Assembly: GCA_002269645.1 (NCBI GenBank)
Contig: NIVC01000105.1
Coordinates: 597,992-661,991 of the forward strand
Reading direction: 5' to 3'
From: Macrostomum lignano
Lineage: Eukaryota
DNA: 64,000 nucleotides
Below the pieces are notes generated by a model. It saw nothing but the letters and a program-made list of their open reading frames with translations, was not told the DNA's origin and ran no database searches. The position numbers and the translations under genes are program-made. Shown here piece after piece: positions 21,339 through 35,045 of the stretch; position 1 is the first letter of the stretch, and each line of letters begins with the position of its first letter.

Positions 21339-23181
21339 CCCGCCTGGCCCAATCATCCGGAAATTTCTCCGGGCACAATTCCGAATTTTCATCCGGCTCG
21401 TAATATAAAATTCCCATTTAAAATACCGGACGAAAGCCGGAGGAATTGTTAACATTCCGGATGAGAGTGTGAATTTTGAGTACTTTCATCCGGGTCTAGA
21501 TCCGGGGGTTTATCCGGAAGAATCTCCGGTTTCCCTCCGGTTTTTAGCGGATGTAAATGCGGACGACAAACCGGATCAAATCCGGATCAGCAGTGCAGGA
21601 TGAAATACCGGGTGAATTTCCGGATAAAAAGCCGGACCAACGTGACTGGGTTCCTTAATCGATGAAACGCCGGGTGAATTTCCGGATAAAAATCCGGATC
21701 TCGATAGACGCGGAGATAGATTTGGCAGTATAAATTTGATTACTAATAAGAGAAGAAAAATGGGAAACACGTAACACAGTCTGGAGCAGTTATTCCAGCT
21801 TCAAAATTCACGCCTGGCGAAATACTTCCATTCCTTGCACTCCATCAATACATTCCGTATATTTTTCAAATTCAAATAGACATCAGCGATTTACAGAGGG
21901 CCAGTGCCAGTTCCCTCTCACGTCACCACCTACAATGTCACCATCGTCTACTCTCTCAAGCACCTAAACCATCTCACCCTCTACTCTCTCAGTCTCTCTA
22001 CTCTCACCATCCCTCTAATCTCCCACCTTCCCTCTACTCGATCACATTCCTTATACTGTCACCCTCCGTCACAGGACAAACCACCATAGATCGCTATAAC
22101 AGTAGACATTGGGGGCTCCACCACAGATTAAGAGATATATTAAGCACCATATAGACTAACTACAGATTAAGGGCTCTACCTCGGACGCCAAAGGGGACCA
22201 CAAAATTTTATTTTTTAGTTATTGGGTTGTTAGGAAAGTTCTGTCCGTTTTTATACTTTTCTATGCAGAGGATAATGAAGCTGTGTTGGATGCCAGCTGG
22301 CATCCAAAGTCTGCCCTCTCGTTGGCAGAGGGTCATCGATTGCAGTGATGGCAATTATTTTACTGAGTAACACTGCTGCATTCCTATGAAAACTTGCTCC
22401 AACCTATTTCAGCCAAAACGGACGGAAGTTTCCTAACAGTCGAACTTAAAATTCTTCTGTTACTAATTGCGAACTATTAGGTTCAGCATGTCGTCACTCC
22501 CGTCCAGCTCCGATATGTCGACAACATGTCCGAGTACGCCAGAGTCGGACGGCTGGGTGGTGGACGGCTTGTTGGTACCCGGCTTGGTCACTGTGAAGGG
22601 TAATAATGTGACGCAGAACAAAACAGTCCCAAAGAGGGACAAGATCGGAAGGAATTTGCGACACTGACCAGGTGTATGCCAGGGATTGCCTGAGGGGATC
22701 ACCGTATGATGGGGTCATCGGAGGCTCCTTCCATAATCCCCACGACTATTTAGAATAGAAAATCTGCTTCACATAAACCACACTCACTCAAAACTGTAGG
22801 GAGGATATAAGTAAAATTTAATCCGGTATTTTATCCGGTTAGATCCGTCTCGAACAGTGGATAAACTAGTGGATGAAATACCGGATCGATTTCCGGACGA
22901 AAAAACTACTCTCGTCCGGAGGCCGTCCGGATTTTGCTCCGGGTTTTGTCCAATTTGTGTTGGAAAATCAACCGGATAAATTTCCGGGTGAAATAACCGG
23001 ATGAAAGACGTTTGCAAAAAAACTTTTTATCCGGTTTTGGTCCGGAGGATCCTCCAAATTTTTATCCGGACTGTACAACCGGATAAAATCCGGATGAAAT
23101 TTAGCTTGATCCGGAAAACCGCTAAAACCGGACAATTCCGGACCAAATCCGGACGAAAACCGGGTGTTTGGGCCAGGCGGG
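21339..23181. mobile_element. Non-autonomous TIR element, probably CACTA/EnSpm (CMC)-like, 1843 bp
   Basis: 14-bp TIR CCCGCCTGGCCCAA (21339-21352) / TTGGGCCAGGCGGG (23168-23181), with 2-bp TSD CC (21337-21338, 23182-23183). Dense subterminal (AT)CCGG(A) repeats at about 21355-21720 and 22820-23165. The empty site regenerates one unit of the neighbouring 34-bp minisatellite. No transposase ORF seen. Confidence 0.75.
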
Positions 23182-23780
23182 CCATTGGTTTTGAAGGCCT
23201 GTCAGACTTATTGACCCCCTTGGTTTTGAAGGCCTGACAGTCTTATTGACCCATTGGTTTTGAAGGCCTGACAGTCTTATTGACCCATTGGTTTTGAAGG
23301 CCTGTCAGTCTTATTGACCCATTGGTTTTGAAGGCCTGTCAGTCTTATTGACCCCCTTGGTTTTGAAGGCCTGACAGTCTTATTGACCCCTTGGTTTTGA
23401 AGGCCTGACAGTCTTATTGACCCATTGGTTTTGAAGGCCTGTCAGTCTTATTGACCCCCTTGGTTTTGAAGGCCTGACAGTCTTATTGACCCATTGGTTT
23501 TGAAGGCCTAACAGTCTTATTGACCCATTGGTGTTGAAGGCCTGACAGTCTTATTGACCGATTGGTTTTGAAGGCCTGTCAGTTTTATTGACCCATTGGT
23601 TTTGAAGGCCTAACAGTCTTATTGACCCTTTGATTTTGAAGGCCTGACAGTCTTATTGACCGATTGGTTTTGAAGGCCTGACAGTCTTATTGACCCATTG
23701 GTTTTGAAGGCCTGACTGTCTTATTGACCCATTGGTTTTGAAGGCCAGACAGTCTTATTGACCGATTGGTTTTGAAGGCC
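23182..23780 (+). repeat. 34-bp minisatellite
   Basis: Unit CCCATTGGTTTTGAAGGCCTGACAGTCTTATTGA, about 17 copies. Confidence 0.95.
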
Positions 23781-25056
23781 CATCTATGTGAAAGCTATCC
23801 CCGATCGACCCCCCCCCCCAAATTGCGCTTTGCTAGCTTTCAACTATTCCCCTTCCTTACATGATTTTCTACAGTAGCCACAGAATAATGTTTACAATTT
23901 GATTTATTATGCTTGGCTGGGAAAGGACGGGCACCGCACGGACACTAATAATAATATGATGTGTGAGACCTGATATCAATAGCTTCCATAATTTCCCCGA
24001 CTTGATATTGCTTACTCATAATTTGTGATTCCTCACGTTCAGCTCAGCAAACTGGCTGCTTTTGCTAATTGGTTGTATGTTTAATTAATTAATTTTGGCT
24101 ATCAGCTTCATTTTGATCATTGATTTTCCTTGCAGTTTTTTTCATGCTTCAACTAACTCAACTACTAATGTTTAGTAATGAGTAGTAGAATACGCGCTTA
24201 TTAATAAAATTAAAAGCATTTTCGATGTTGATTCTATGCGAATTTCCGTTCACTCCAGCATTGTTTTTTTTAGAAAAATTAGCAATTTTTAGCCGATATG
24301 TTTTGAAAGACGAGTAATATTGTACGTGCTGTAAAAATGCGCTTTAATTTTGAAAGGTAAAAGTACATTGTGTACAATTATCGACATTGGGAAATATCCG
24401 AACCGCACCCTGTTCCTTAACGAGCTGGCTCTCCCTGTGATATCGACCAAAAACTTTGTTTTCTTCAGCTTAAACTATGAGATATTTTAAACTCGCGCCA
24501 TTTCAATGATCAAAATTTTGCGATTTTATTTTCAAAGCTTTTTGCATTTTTATTTTGCTAATTATAAGTTCAGTTCACGCTTGTTTTCCGATCTTGTATT
24601 GTTAATTAATAATGTTCATGCGCGTCATACTCTACTGCTGAATTTTTAAGTAGCGTATCACGCGTATTTTTTATTTAGAAATGGTTCAATCAAAATTTAT
24701 TTCTAATACCGGCAAACAGTATGATAATGGCATCGTTTATTTTTCGAGTCAAATCACCTTATAAACAGCCATGACAGCTGTGTCTGTATTAGCCTGCGAT
24801 ATTACTGTCAGCTTTTAATAGCAGATCACCTTTTTAAATAAAGATTTCGCAGATTTTTTACTTTACGTTTTGGTTATTATTGTCGTTGTATTTTTCTATT
24901 ATTTTATTGTTTCCTGTTTTTCCTTCGAATTGCACAAAACTTAAAATACACTTGTTTACTACTGTTATTACTGTATAAGATGTTTTATTTGCACCCGCTT
25001 AAATGCATGTTGGCTTGCTTTGTTTAAATTGTTATAATTGCTTCACACTGATTATA

Positions 25057-25990
25057 GTAGGTCACTCCTAATTACAGTAGGTCACTCCTAATTACAGTAG
25101 GTCACTCCTAATTACAGTAGGTCACTCCTAATTACAGTAGGTCACTCCTAATTACAGTAGGTCACTCCTAATCACAGTAGGTCACTCCTAATTACAGTAG
25201 GTCACTCCTAATCACAGTAGGTCACTCCTAATTACAGTAGGTCACTCCTAATTAGTATAGGTCACTCCTAATTACAGTAGGTCACTCCTAATTACAGTAG
25301 GTCACTCCTAATTAGTATAGGTCACTCCTAATTACAGTAGGTCACTCCTAATCACAGTAGGTCACTCCTAATTACAGTAGGTCACTCCTAATCACAGTAG
25401 GTCACTCCTAATTACAGTAGGTCACTCCTAATTACAGTAGGTCACTCCTAATTACAGTAGGTCACTCCTAATTACAGTAGGTCACTCCTAATTACAGTAG
25501 GTCACTCCTAATTACAGTAGGTCACTCCTAATTAGTATAGGTCACTCCTAATTACAGTAGGTCACTCCTAATTAGTATAGGTCACTCCTAATTACAGTAG
25601 GTCACTCCTAATTACAGTAGGTCACTCCTAATTAGTATAGGTCACTCCTAATTACAGTAGGTCACTCCTAATTAGTATGTTACTCCTTATTACAGTAGGT
25701 CACTCCTAATTACAGTAGGTCCCTCCTAATTACAGTAGGTCACTCCTAATTACAGTAGGTCACTCCTAGTTACACTAAGTCACTCTTATTTGCAGTAGGT
25801 CACTTCTAACTACTGTAGGTCACTCCTAATTACAGTATGTCACTCCTAGTTATAGTAGATCACTCCTATTTACAGTATGTCACTCCTAATTACACTATGT
25901 CACTTCTAATCTAAGCATGTCACTCAAAAAGTAGACCTCGGTCACTCATAACTGTAGTGGGTCACTCCTAATTAAAGTAGGTCACTCCTC
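25057..25990 (+). repeat. 20-bp minisatellite immediately upstream of the HTATSF1 start
   Basis: Unit GTAGGTCACTCCTAATTACA, about 46 copies. Confidence 0.95.
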
Positions 25991-26048
25991 AGTCAAGTTT
26001 CTGTTTTGTAAAATTGAACACGTAAAAATTCCAGCTCGCCCCAAGGCA

Positions 26049-29038
26049 ATGTCCGAAGCAGACGATAACAACGTCGATTTCGACACCCAACTTCGCCTGG
26101 AACGCGAGGAAGCCGCCGCAAAAGATGCTGCCAATGGCGTCTCGAACCAACGGACGAATGATAATGAGGCCAATAAAAAAACCCGAACTGACGAGGACGG
26201 CACCGTGTTCGATTGGGACGAGGACAAACAGGCTTGGTTTCCTAGAATCGACTCGGAAATGCTCATTCGCTATCAGCTTGGCTACGGCACCTCTGAGCAG
26301 CAGCAGCAGCAGCCGATTGGAGGTCCGGAGTTCGACTCCCTGCCGCCGGAGGAGCAAGAGAAGGCTAGGGAATATTGGGAGCAGTATTATAATTCCCAGG
26401 AGTACAGGGACTGGTACGCTCGGTACAGTGATTCAGCGACTACTGCCGCAACTGCTGGGCAAGGTATGGGATTTTATTTGAGCTATTTTTATCCCCAATT
26501 GTTTGTTAGAGTGTGTAGTACATTGTGATCCCAGTTTGGGATCTATAACACATTTTCATCCCAGTTCGGGATCTATAACACAGTTTGATCCCAGTTTGGG
26601 ATCTATAACACATTCTAATCCCAGTTTTGGATCTATAACATATTCTAATCCCAGTTTTGGATCTATAACACATTCTAATCCTAGTTTGGGATCTAAAACA
26701 CATTCTAATCCTAGTTTGGGATCTATAACATATTCTAATCCCAGTTTTGGATCTATAACACATTCTAATCCTAGTTTGGGATCTAAAACACATTCTAATC
26801 CTAGTTTGGGATCTAAAACACATTGTGATCCCAGTTTGGGATCTATAAAACATTTTGATCCCAGTTTGGGATCTATAACACATTTTGATCCCAGTTTGGG
26901 ATCTATAAAACATTTTGATCCCAGTTTGGGATCTATAACACATTCTAATATCCCAGTTTGAGATCCATCACACTTTTGATCCCAGTGTAGGATCTACAGC
27001 ACTTTTTATCCTAGTATGTGATTTATAACACTTTTGATCCCAGTTTGGGATCTATACTACATCGGGATCCCTTTAGTGCCTGAGTTCCAATGCCATCCAA
27101 TGCCAAACAAATAATTTCCCCCTTAAACCCTTATTAAAACCCCTGCAGACGGTGAGTCTTCAACGGCAAGCCAGCAGCAGCAGCAGCAGAGCAGGAAACG
27201 CGAATTGAAAAAGAAGAAGCCAGACCAGCAGCAGCAGCAATGGTTCGAGGTGCCGCCAGACCAGAACACGCACGTTTTCGTGCAGAACCTGCCGCTAGAC
27301 CTGACCGAGCCGGAGTTCATCGAGTTCATGTCCAAGTGCGGCATGGTGCTGCACGACCCGCTGACGCGCCGGCCGAAGGTCAAGCTGTACACGGACGAAG
27401 ATGGCAATTTTAACGGCAGCGCCAGGTGCGGCTACATCAAGAAGGAGTCGGTGGCGCTGGCCCTGCAGATTCTGGACGGCTACCGGCTGCGAGACTGCGA
27501 GGTCAGCGTGGAGCCGGCCAAGTTCCAGCCCAAGGAGGGGTTCGACCCCAGCAAGCGGAGGAAGCTCACTAATAAGGAGAAGAAGAAGGTGAGGGAGTCG
27601 GGTGTCGGGTTAAAGGGAATAGGGAGCTTTGTTCACTGGGAAAGGGGAATTGGGAAGTATGAGGAGAATGCAGATTAGGGAATTACGGGGTGAATTCAAA
27701 TGAGGGATTTTAGGGAGAATTTAGATTGGGGAATTTAGGGGAGAATTCAGATTGGGGAATTATGGGAAGAATTCAGATTGGGGAATTATGGGAAGAATTC
27801 ATATTGGGGAATTATGGGAAGAATTCAGATTGGGGAATCATGGGGAGAATTCAGATTGGGGAATTATGGGAAGAATTCATATTGGGGAATCATGGGGAGA
27901 ATTCAGATTGGGGAATCATGAGGAGAATTCAGTTTGAGAAATTATGGAAGAGAATTCAGATAAGGGAATCATGAGGAGAATTCAGATTGGGGAATTATGG
28001 GAAGAATTCAGATTTGGGAATTATGAGGAGAATTCAGATTGGGGAATCATGGGGAGAATTCAGATTGGGGAATCATGGGGAGAATTCAGATTGGGGAATC
28101 ATGAGGAGAATTAAGATTGGGGAATTATGGGGAAGAATCTAGATTGGGGACTTATGGAAGAGAATTTCGACTAGATTAGGGATTAGGGAGAATTCAGATT
28201 AGGAAAATCCAGACTCGCTCCAACAGGTCGCATTACCGGCCCGCTACCAAACCCGCAGGTGAAAGAGCAGCAAACCCGCCTGTTGGCCTGGGCGCCCGCC
28301 GATTCCGCCGCCTCAGCAGACGGCGGCCTTGGCGTCAGCGCAGGCGCGAACGCCGCCCGCCGCTCCGACCGAGTTTTGGTGATTTCCAACGTGTTTGACC
28401 CGTCCGAATTCGACTCGGATCCGCTGCTGTTGGAGAAAATCCGCGACGATGTTGTGACCCGCTGCGCCCAGTACGGCCCGGTGCGCAAGGCCGTGGTGCA
28501 CGATCGCAACCCCGACGGCGTCGTGCTGGTCACCTTCGCCGAGTCCGGCCAGTGCAGCCTGGCTCTCAGCCAGCTCGATGGTCGGATGTTCCGCGCCGGC
28601 CGGGTGCTCAAAGCCGCCATCTGGGACGGCCGGACCAAGTACCACGTGGAGGAGACGGAGGAGCAGGCTGCCAGGCGGCGGGCCATCTGGGAGCGCCAGA
28701 TTCTTGGCGAAGATTGTCGACAGACCGGCCTCCCGACTACTGAGAGGCCGCTTGAAGGTCAGCCTGAAGGTCATCCTGAAGGTCATCCTAAAGGGCAACC
28801 TGAAGGTCATCCTGAAGGTCAACCTGAAGGTCATCCTAAAGGGCAACCTGAAGGTCATCCTGAAGGTCATCCTGAAGGTCATCCTGAAGGTCATCCTGAA
28901 GGTCATCCTAAAGGGCAACCTGAAGCTCATCCTGGAGGCCATCCTGGAGGTCAACCTGAAGGTCAACCTGAAGTCGAAGCTGAATCAACCACAGACGAAG
29001 AAGAGCCAATAGCTTCGTCGTCAGATGACGATAATTAA
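26049..29038 (+). CDS. htatsf1: HIV Tat-specific factor 1 homologue (17S U2 snRNP component, RRM + UHM), 544 aa, 3 coding exons
   Basis: Exons 26049-26463, 27149-27588 and 28259-29038 (phases 1,0; 1635 nt). Motifs FDWDEDKQAWFP, NTHVFVQNLPLDLTEPEFIEFMSKCG, KVKLYTD, ESVALALQILDG, SVEPAKFQ, RVLVISNVFDP, LLLEKIRDD, DRNPDGVVLVTF and AIWDGRTKYHVEET match Tat-SF1/CUS2. Confidence 0.95.
26525..27070 (+). repeat. 30-bp minisatellite in htatsf1 intron 1
   Basis: Unit GATCCCAGTTTGGGATCTATAACACATTTT, about 18 copies, with an internal hairpin GATCCC/GGGATC. Confidence 0.95.
27700..28205 (+). repeat. 26-bp minisatellite in htatsf1 intron 2
   Basis: Unit ATTGGGGAATTATGGGAAGAATTCAG, about 19 copies. Confidence 0.93.
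28752..28975 (+). repeat. Coding 12-bp repeat in the last htatsf1 exon (EGHP/EGQP/KGQP)
   Basis: GAAGGTCA(T/A)CCT units in frame before the stop at 29036-29038. Confidence 0.9.
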
Positions 29039-29859
29039 AATGCAAACAAAAATATGTATTATATGACTTATAAACACTACTTGAATGAAAAGTAGTAGCA
29101 GTAGTAAATATGAGTGCATTTTTGCAATAATTTTTTTCATTTATTCCGCATGTGTTCAAAAACTAATGCTTTATTCTATATTAATTTGTAAGCAATTCTA
29201 TTTCTTATCTGTTGTCTGTAAAATATATGAAATTCAATATGGAATGCACAGACCAGTGGTGTGTGCCATCATGTGTGTGTGTGTTAATTAAATCTTTGAC
29301 TTTATCGAATCTTTGTTATTTTATTTCGATTTAGGTTCAATGATGAAGTTTCAGAGAATCTGATTCGCCCACTTGCACAAGCTCAAAGTAACAGTCGGAA
29401 AAATTGCTCAATCGATGTTTTGGGAGTCTGGACTGTTGTTGACCAAGAGATGAAGGGCTGAGATGAGCAGGATTGCGCAATCAGGGCTGAATCAACAGTC
29501 AGAATGGAAGGCTTCCGGGGGTTGGTCAGGGCTCTGTGTAAACACGGCCCCGGACTGTTAAGAGGGCTCCTCTTCAATTATTTCATTTTACTGTTTATTA
29601 ACTCCTTCAAAGTAATCCGGAAATTGACGGTGCCTGAGGGCTCTGCTGGGGTTTGAGAAGGAATTTGGGAAATCAGTGTGCAAGAGAATGTCGCAGGCGG
29701 GCTGTTGAGATTAATGGCTGAGATTGACTGGGATGGATTGAATCGGGTTGCCTGTTAGACGTGTGAAGTCTAGAGACAGTTGAAATTCGTGAATAAATAT
29801 ATTCATAGTTCCTGCCTGTAGGACTCTGAATGGGTTCTAAGGGCATGTATAGCAGTGTA

Positions 29860-30560
29860 CACTGTTAGACACTGAAAGGGATCTACCTGTGCCTGTTAGA
29901 CACTGTCAATGGGATCTACCTGTGCCTGTTAGACACTGTCAATGGGATCTACCTGTACCTGTTAGACATTGAAAGGGATCTACCTGTACCTGTTAGACAC
30001 TGAAAGGATCTACCTGTGCCTGTTAGACACTGAAAAGGATCTACCTGTGCCTGTTAGACACTGAAAAGGATCTACCTGTGCCTGTTAGACACTGAAAGGG
30101 ATCTACCTGTGCCTGTTAGACACTGTAGATTAGATCTACCTATGCCTGTTAGACACTGAAAGGGATCTACCTGTGCCTGTTAGACACTGTAAATAAGATC
30201 TACCTGTGCCTGTTAGACACTGAAAGGGATCTACCTGTGCCTGTTAGACACTGAAAGGGATCTACCTGTGCCTGTTAGACACTGTAGATTAGATCTACCT
30301 ATGCCTGTTAGACACTGTAATTAGATCTACCTGTGCCTGTTAGACACTGTAAATAAGATCTACCTGTGCCTGTTAGACACTGAAAGGGATCTACCTGTGC
30401 CTGTTAGACACTGAAAGGGATCTACCTGTGCCTGTTAGACACTGAAAATAAGATCTACCTGTGCCTGTTAGACACTGAAAGGTATCTACCTGTGCCTGTT
30501 AGACACTAAATAAGATCTACCTGTTAGACACTAAATGGGTTCTGCATGTACCTGTTAGAC
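29860..30560 (+). repeat. About 31-bp minisatellite
   Basis: Unit CTACCTGTGCCTGTTAGACACTGAAAGGGAT, about 22 copies. Confidence 0.95.
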
Positions 30561-31389
30561 ACAATTAAGCCTAAGTGTCCCTGTTAGCACAATGACGCAA
30601 ATCGCTGAAAAAGTGGTTGACAAAGACATTTATTTCGGCTGCTCTTTCACCATTAAGCGCCACCCACCAAGCAGTGAAAACAAAGAGTTACCCAGAGAAG
30701 ATTTCTCGTGTCCGCAAACAAAGCCAAAATGAAAAGCAACTTTCGCAACAGGCGCAGTCTCACGAGAGATGGGAGCAAGAAGTTGCGGGGATTGGGAATT
30801 GCGATAAAAATTCTGGAATTCTCGGGTCTACAGATGTGTGTGCCGAGGCTGATAACCGCTTCCATCACTGTAGCCTTCCCCACTTCCCACCCGCTGAGCA
30901 GCTGAAGGTCGAACTTATCCGAGACTCTTCGAGTTTCCCCGCTCGCTTCCGTATTGTATTGTCAATCATCAGGTTAATCGCTGATAATGTAAGGGAAGAA
31001 TTCTTTCTGGTGCCAAACAAGCTTGGAAACGAAATTGTAACTATAGACAGTTATATATGCATAGTGGGATCTGTTTAACTGACTGGGAAGTGTGTTTAGG
31101 CATCCCGCTGAGTGTCTGTGTCGGGGCTTATCTCCCTATTCTTCAAGGCCAATCCGGCCCTGGCAGTCGGTCATGCAGCACCTCGGAACTTTTAACAAGG
31201 TTAATAAGTAGCTGAAACTTAAGATAAGAAGTTTTTCATGTTGCATTTTGTGCCGCATCATCTTAGTTTACTTCGGTGGTAATTATGGAGTTTGAATAGA
31301 TAAAATATCATTGCAGACAGAAACTGTATAAAACTTGAAAACAAATTTTAAAGGTCGGTTTTAATGGCCTTAAATAGCCGCGATTAAAA

Positions 31390-31898
31390 GTGCTGGCGCC
31401 CCTTGGTGCTGGCGCCCCTTGGTGCTTGGCGCCCCTTGGTGCTTGGCGCCCCTTGGTGCTTGGCGCCCCTTGGTCCTGGCGCCCCTTGGTGCTAAGCCCC
31501 TTGGTCCTGGCGCCCCTTGGTGCTGGCGCCCCTTGGTGCTGGCGCCCCTTGGTGCTGGCACCCCTTTGTCCTGGCGCCCCTTGGTGCTGGCGCCCCTTGG
31601 TGCTGGCGCCCCTTGGTGCTGGCGCCCCTTGGTGCTGGCGCCCCTTGGTGCTGGCGCCCCTTGGTGCTGGCGCCCCTTGGTGCTGGCGCCCTTGGTGCTG
31701 GCGCCCCTTGGTGCTGGCGCCCTTGGTGCTGGCGCCCCTTGGTGCTGGCGCCCCTTGTGCTGGCACCCCTTTGTCCTGGCGCCCCTTGGTGCTAAGCCCC
31801 TTGGTGCTGGCGCCCCTTGGTGCTGGCCCCCCTTGGTGCTGGCGCCCCTTGGTGCTGGCGCCCCTTGGTCCTGGCGTCCCTTGGTCCTGGCGCCCCTC
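31390..31898 (+). repeat. 16-bp GC-rich minisatellite
   Basis: Unit GGCGCCCCTTGGTGCT, about 32 copies. Confidence 0.95.
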
Positions 31899-32332
31899 AA
31901 AAAGTGGAAACAGCGCCATATTAACATAGACACAAAATTAATGCTGTTGCCTGTTACCATGCAATTTTATAAACCTTTCCTAATAACCCCCGCAGTCAAA
32001 ACAACATTTTGACTCCATGCAATAAGCGTCCCAGTACACTGCACATTTACCCAGCCTGCAGCTCAATCAAAAAGCAACCCCCAAGCCCTCCTACATGACA
32101 GCAACAAAATTTCTAAGATTGGCTCTGCAGCTATCTGTGAATCGGAATAAATGGATGACTAGCAGCTGGTGACGCTTGTCCAGGGTTTCTACTGGCGATT
32201 TTTTTAGTAGTCCATGCGCGAACGATGGCACATGGAGCACGAACTGCTGCTCTGTGTATTTTCTACTTACCTATATTTTTAGGACTTTGAAAGTCTCACC
32301 TGCTCCCTTCATGAAATCTGTCACCTCCTCAG

Positions 32333-32698
32333 ATGAAATGGCGCCTCCAGTTGAAAATGGCGCCTCCTCAGAAGTAAATGGCGCCTATTCAGATGAAATG
32401 GCGCCTCCTCAGATGAAATGGCGCCTCCTCAGAAGTAAATGGCGCCTCCTCAGATGTAAATGGCGCCTCCTCAGATGTAAATGGCGCCTCCTCAGAAGTA
32501 AATGGCGCCTCCTCAGATGAAATGGCGCCTCCTCAGATGAAATGGCGCCTCCACAGATGAAATGGCGCCTCCACAGATGAAATGGCGCCTCCACAGATGA
32601 AATGGCGCCTCCACAGATGAAATGGCGCCTCCACAGATGAAATGGCGCCTCCACAGATGAAATGGCGCCTCCACAGATGAAATTGCGCCTCCATCAGA
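32333..32698 (+). repeat. 20-bp minisatellite
   Basis: Unit GATGAAATGGCGCCTCC(A/T)CA, about 18 copies. Confidence 0.95.
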
Positions 32699-33049
32699 TA
32701 AAAAAGTGATGCTAACTGAGGTCCAACTGCTTGATTTGATAAAGTTTTTCACACTTTTCAATTTGAATCTACTGTCAATATATTTTATTTAATCCTTTCT
32801 TCAATTCCGGACTGAGACTCCCCGCGGCTGCAGGTGGTGAGTGCAGGAGCTGTGGATTTCCTTGTTGTCAAGGCCGGTCTCTGGCTTCCTAAATCATAGC
32901 GACAAGATTTTAACAATCTTTGTCTGTCTGTCAAATTGCAGTTTTTCTGCGTTCGTTTCGAACCCTGCTGAGGGCATGACGTGCTGTTTACATTGCTTCC
33001 TAGGGTTTTCGGACGGGATCGCTCAGCATGGTTTCTCCTAGTTATAAAA

Positions 33050-34100
33050 TAGGTGGGTAGATAGAAGAGTGAGAGGAGAGTTGATAGGATGGTAGATAGG
33101 AGGGTAGATAGGAGGGTAGATAGGAGGGTAGATAGGAGGGTAGATAGGAGGGTAGATAAGAGAGTAGATATGAGGGTAGATAGGAGAGTAGATAAGAGGG
33201 TAGATAGGAAAGTAGATAGGAGGGTAGATAGCGAAGTAGATAGGGAAGTAGACAGGAGAGTACATAGGAGAGTAGATAGGACGGGTAAATTGGACAGGTA
33301 AGATAGGACAGGTAAGATAGGACAGGTAAGATTGGACAGGGAAGACAGGACAGGTAAGATAGGCCAGGTAAGATCTGACAGGGAAGACAGGACAGGTAAG
33401 ATAGGACAGGTAAGATAGGACAGGGAAGATAAGACAGGTAAGATTGGGCAGGGAAGATAGGACAGGGAAGATAGGACAGGTAAGATAGGACAGGTAAGAT
33501 AGGACAGGTAAGATAGGACAGGTAAGCTAGGACAGGGAAGACAGGACAGGTAAGATTGGACAGGTATATGTAAGATTGGACAGATAAGATAGGGCAGGTA
33601 AGATAGGACAGGTAAGATAGGACAGGTAAGATAGGACAGGTAAGATAGGACAGGTAAGATAGGACAGGGAAGACAGGACAGGTAAGATAGGACAGGTAAG
33701 ATAGGACAGGTAAGATAGGACAGGTAAGATAGAACAGGGAAGACAGGACAGGTAAGATAGGACAGGTAAGATAGGACAGGTAAGATTGGACAGGTAAGAT
33801 TGGACAGGTAAGATAGGACAGGTAAGATAGGACAGGTAAGATTGGACAGGTAAGATTGGACAGATAAGATTGGACAGGTAAGATTGGACAGGTAAGATAG
33901 GACAGGTAAGATAGGACAGGTAAGATAGGACAGGTAAAATAGGACAGGTAAGATAGGACAGGTAAGATAGGACAGGTAAGATAGGACAGGTAAGATAGGA
34001 CAGGTAAAATAGGACAGGTAAGATAGGACAGGTAAGATAGGACAGGTAAGATAGGACAGGTAAGATAGGACAGGTAAGATTGGACAGGTAAGATAGGACA
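33050..34100 (+). repeat. Compound purine-rich array: 12-bp unit followed by 15-bp unit
   Basis: GATAGGAGGGTA-type units to about 33290, then GGACAGGTAAGATAG (about 54 copies). Confidence 0.95.
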
Positions 34101-34687
34101 ATTATGGTGGAAAAAGACAGAAAGAAGCCAAAATAAGCAAAGCAGCATTGATATCCCAGACGCATGAATGGTTTTCGCAGATCCCTTAATCCGCGTGGGA
34201 GGGAGGAATTACGCTCGCAGTTTAAATCCCGTTCGACTGCAGGACAGAGCGCGCACTTGTCAGTTCCACAGCCGAGTTTAATTGGCCTCTAAAACCAATG
34301 ATGGCGGCTCTCGCGTTGCCCTAACAACTGCGGGGCCAATCTGGCAAGCATGCTATAGCTTGGCAATGCTTCTTATGCAACCACTGGCTGCAGCGCCGGT
34401 GGGCAGTGACCCCATGCTGAGCAGGAGGTCCCGGTCTGCTAATTAGCCGCATGCTTTAGGCTGCCTGCAAGCTGGAATGCTTCATCCAGCGTTTCCACGT
34501 GCCAGTTGCAGTCCAGCTAGGATGCAGCATGTGGGATCAAGCGGGAAGCACGCGGGGGAACTTATTACGTGAGCAGTGTAAGTTTGGAACTGCGCTTAAT
34601 ATGCTGCCACCGCTCTATATAGTGGCCCAGGGACCTCCATGAAGACTTGGACTGGAACCAAACATTACGGAACTAATGTGGCCTGGA

Positions 34688-35045
34688 TTCTCGAGAATTC
34701 TCGTCCCTCATCTGCTGTATCCACCTCATCTGCAATGTCCACCTCATCTGCAATGTCCACCTCATCTGCAATGTCCACCTCATCTGCAATGTCCACCTCA
34801 TCTGCAATGTCCACCTCATCTGCAATGTCCACCTCATCTGCTATATCCACCTCATCTGCAATGTCCACCACATCTATGTCCACAAAATCTAAAATGTCCA
34901 CCTCATCTGCAGTGTCCACTGCATCCACCTCATCTACAATGTCCACCTCATCTGCAGTGTCCACTGCATCCACCTCATCTACAATGTCCACCTCATCTAC
35001 AATGTCCACCTCATCTACAATGTCCACCTCATCTACTATGTCCAC
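34688..35045 (+). repeat. 18-bp minisatellite
   Basis: Unit ATGTCCACCTCATCTGCA, about 20 copies. Confidence 0.93.

Noticed and set aside
30617-33041. Non-repeat ORFs between arrays (30617-31078 +; unique tail of 32785-34101 -) as exons of a hidden gene
   Set aside because: No recognisable motifs, and I could not build a phase-consistent exon chain.
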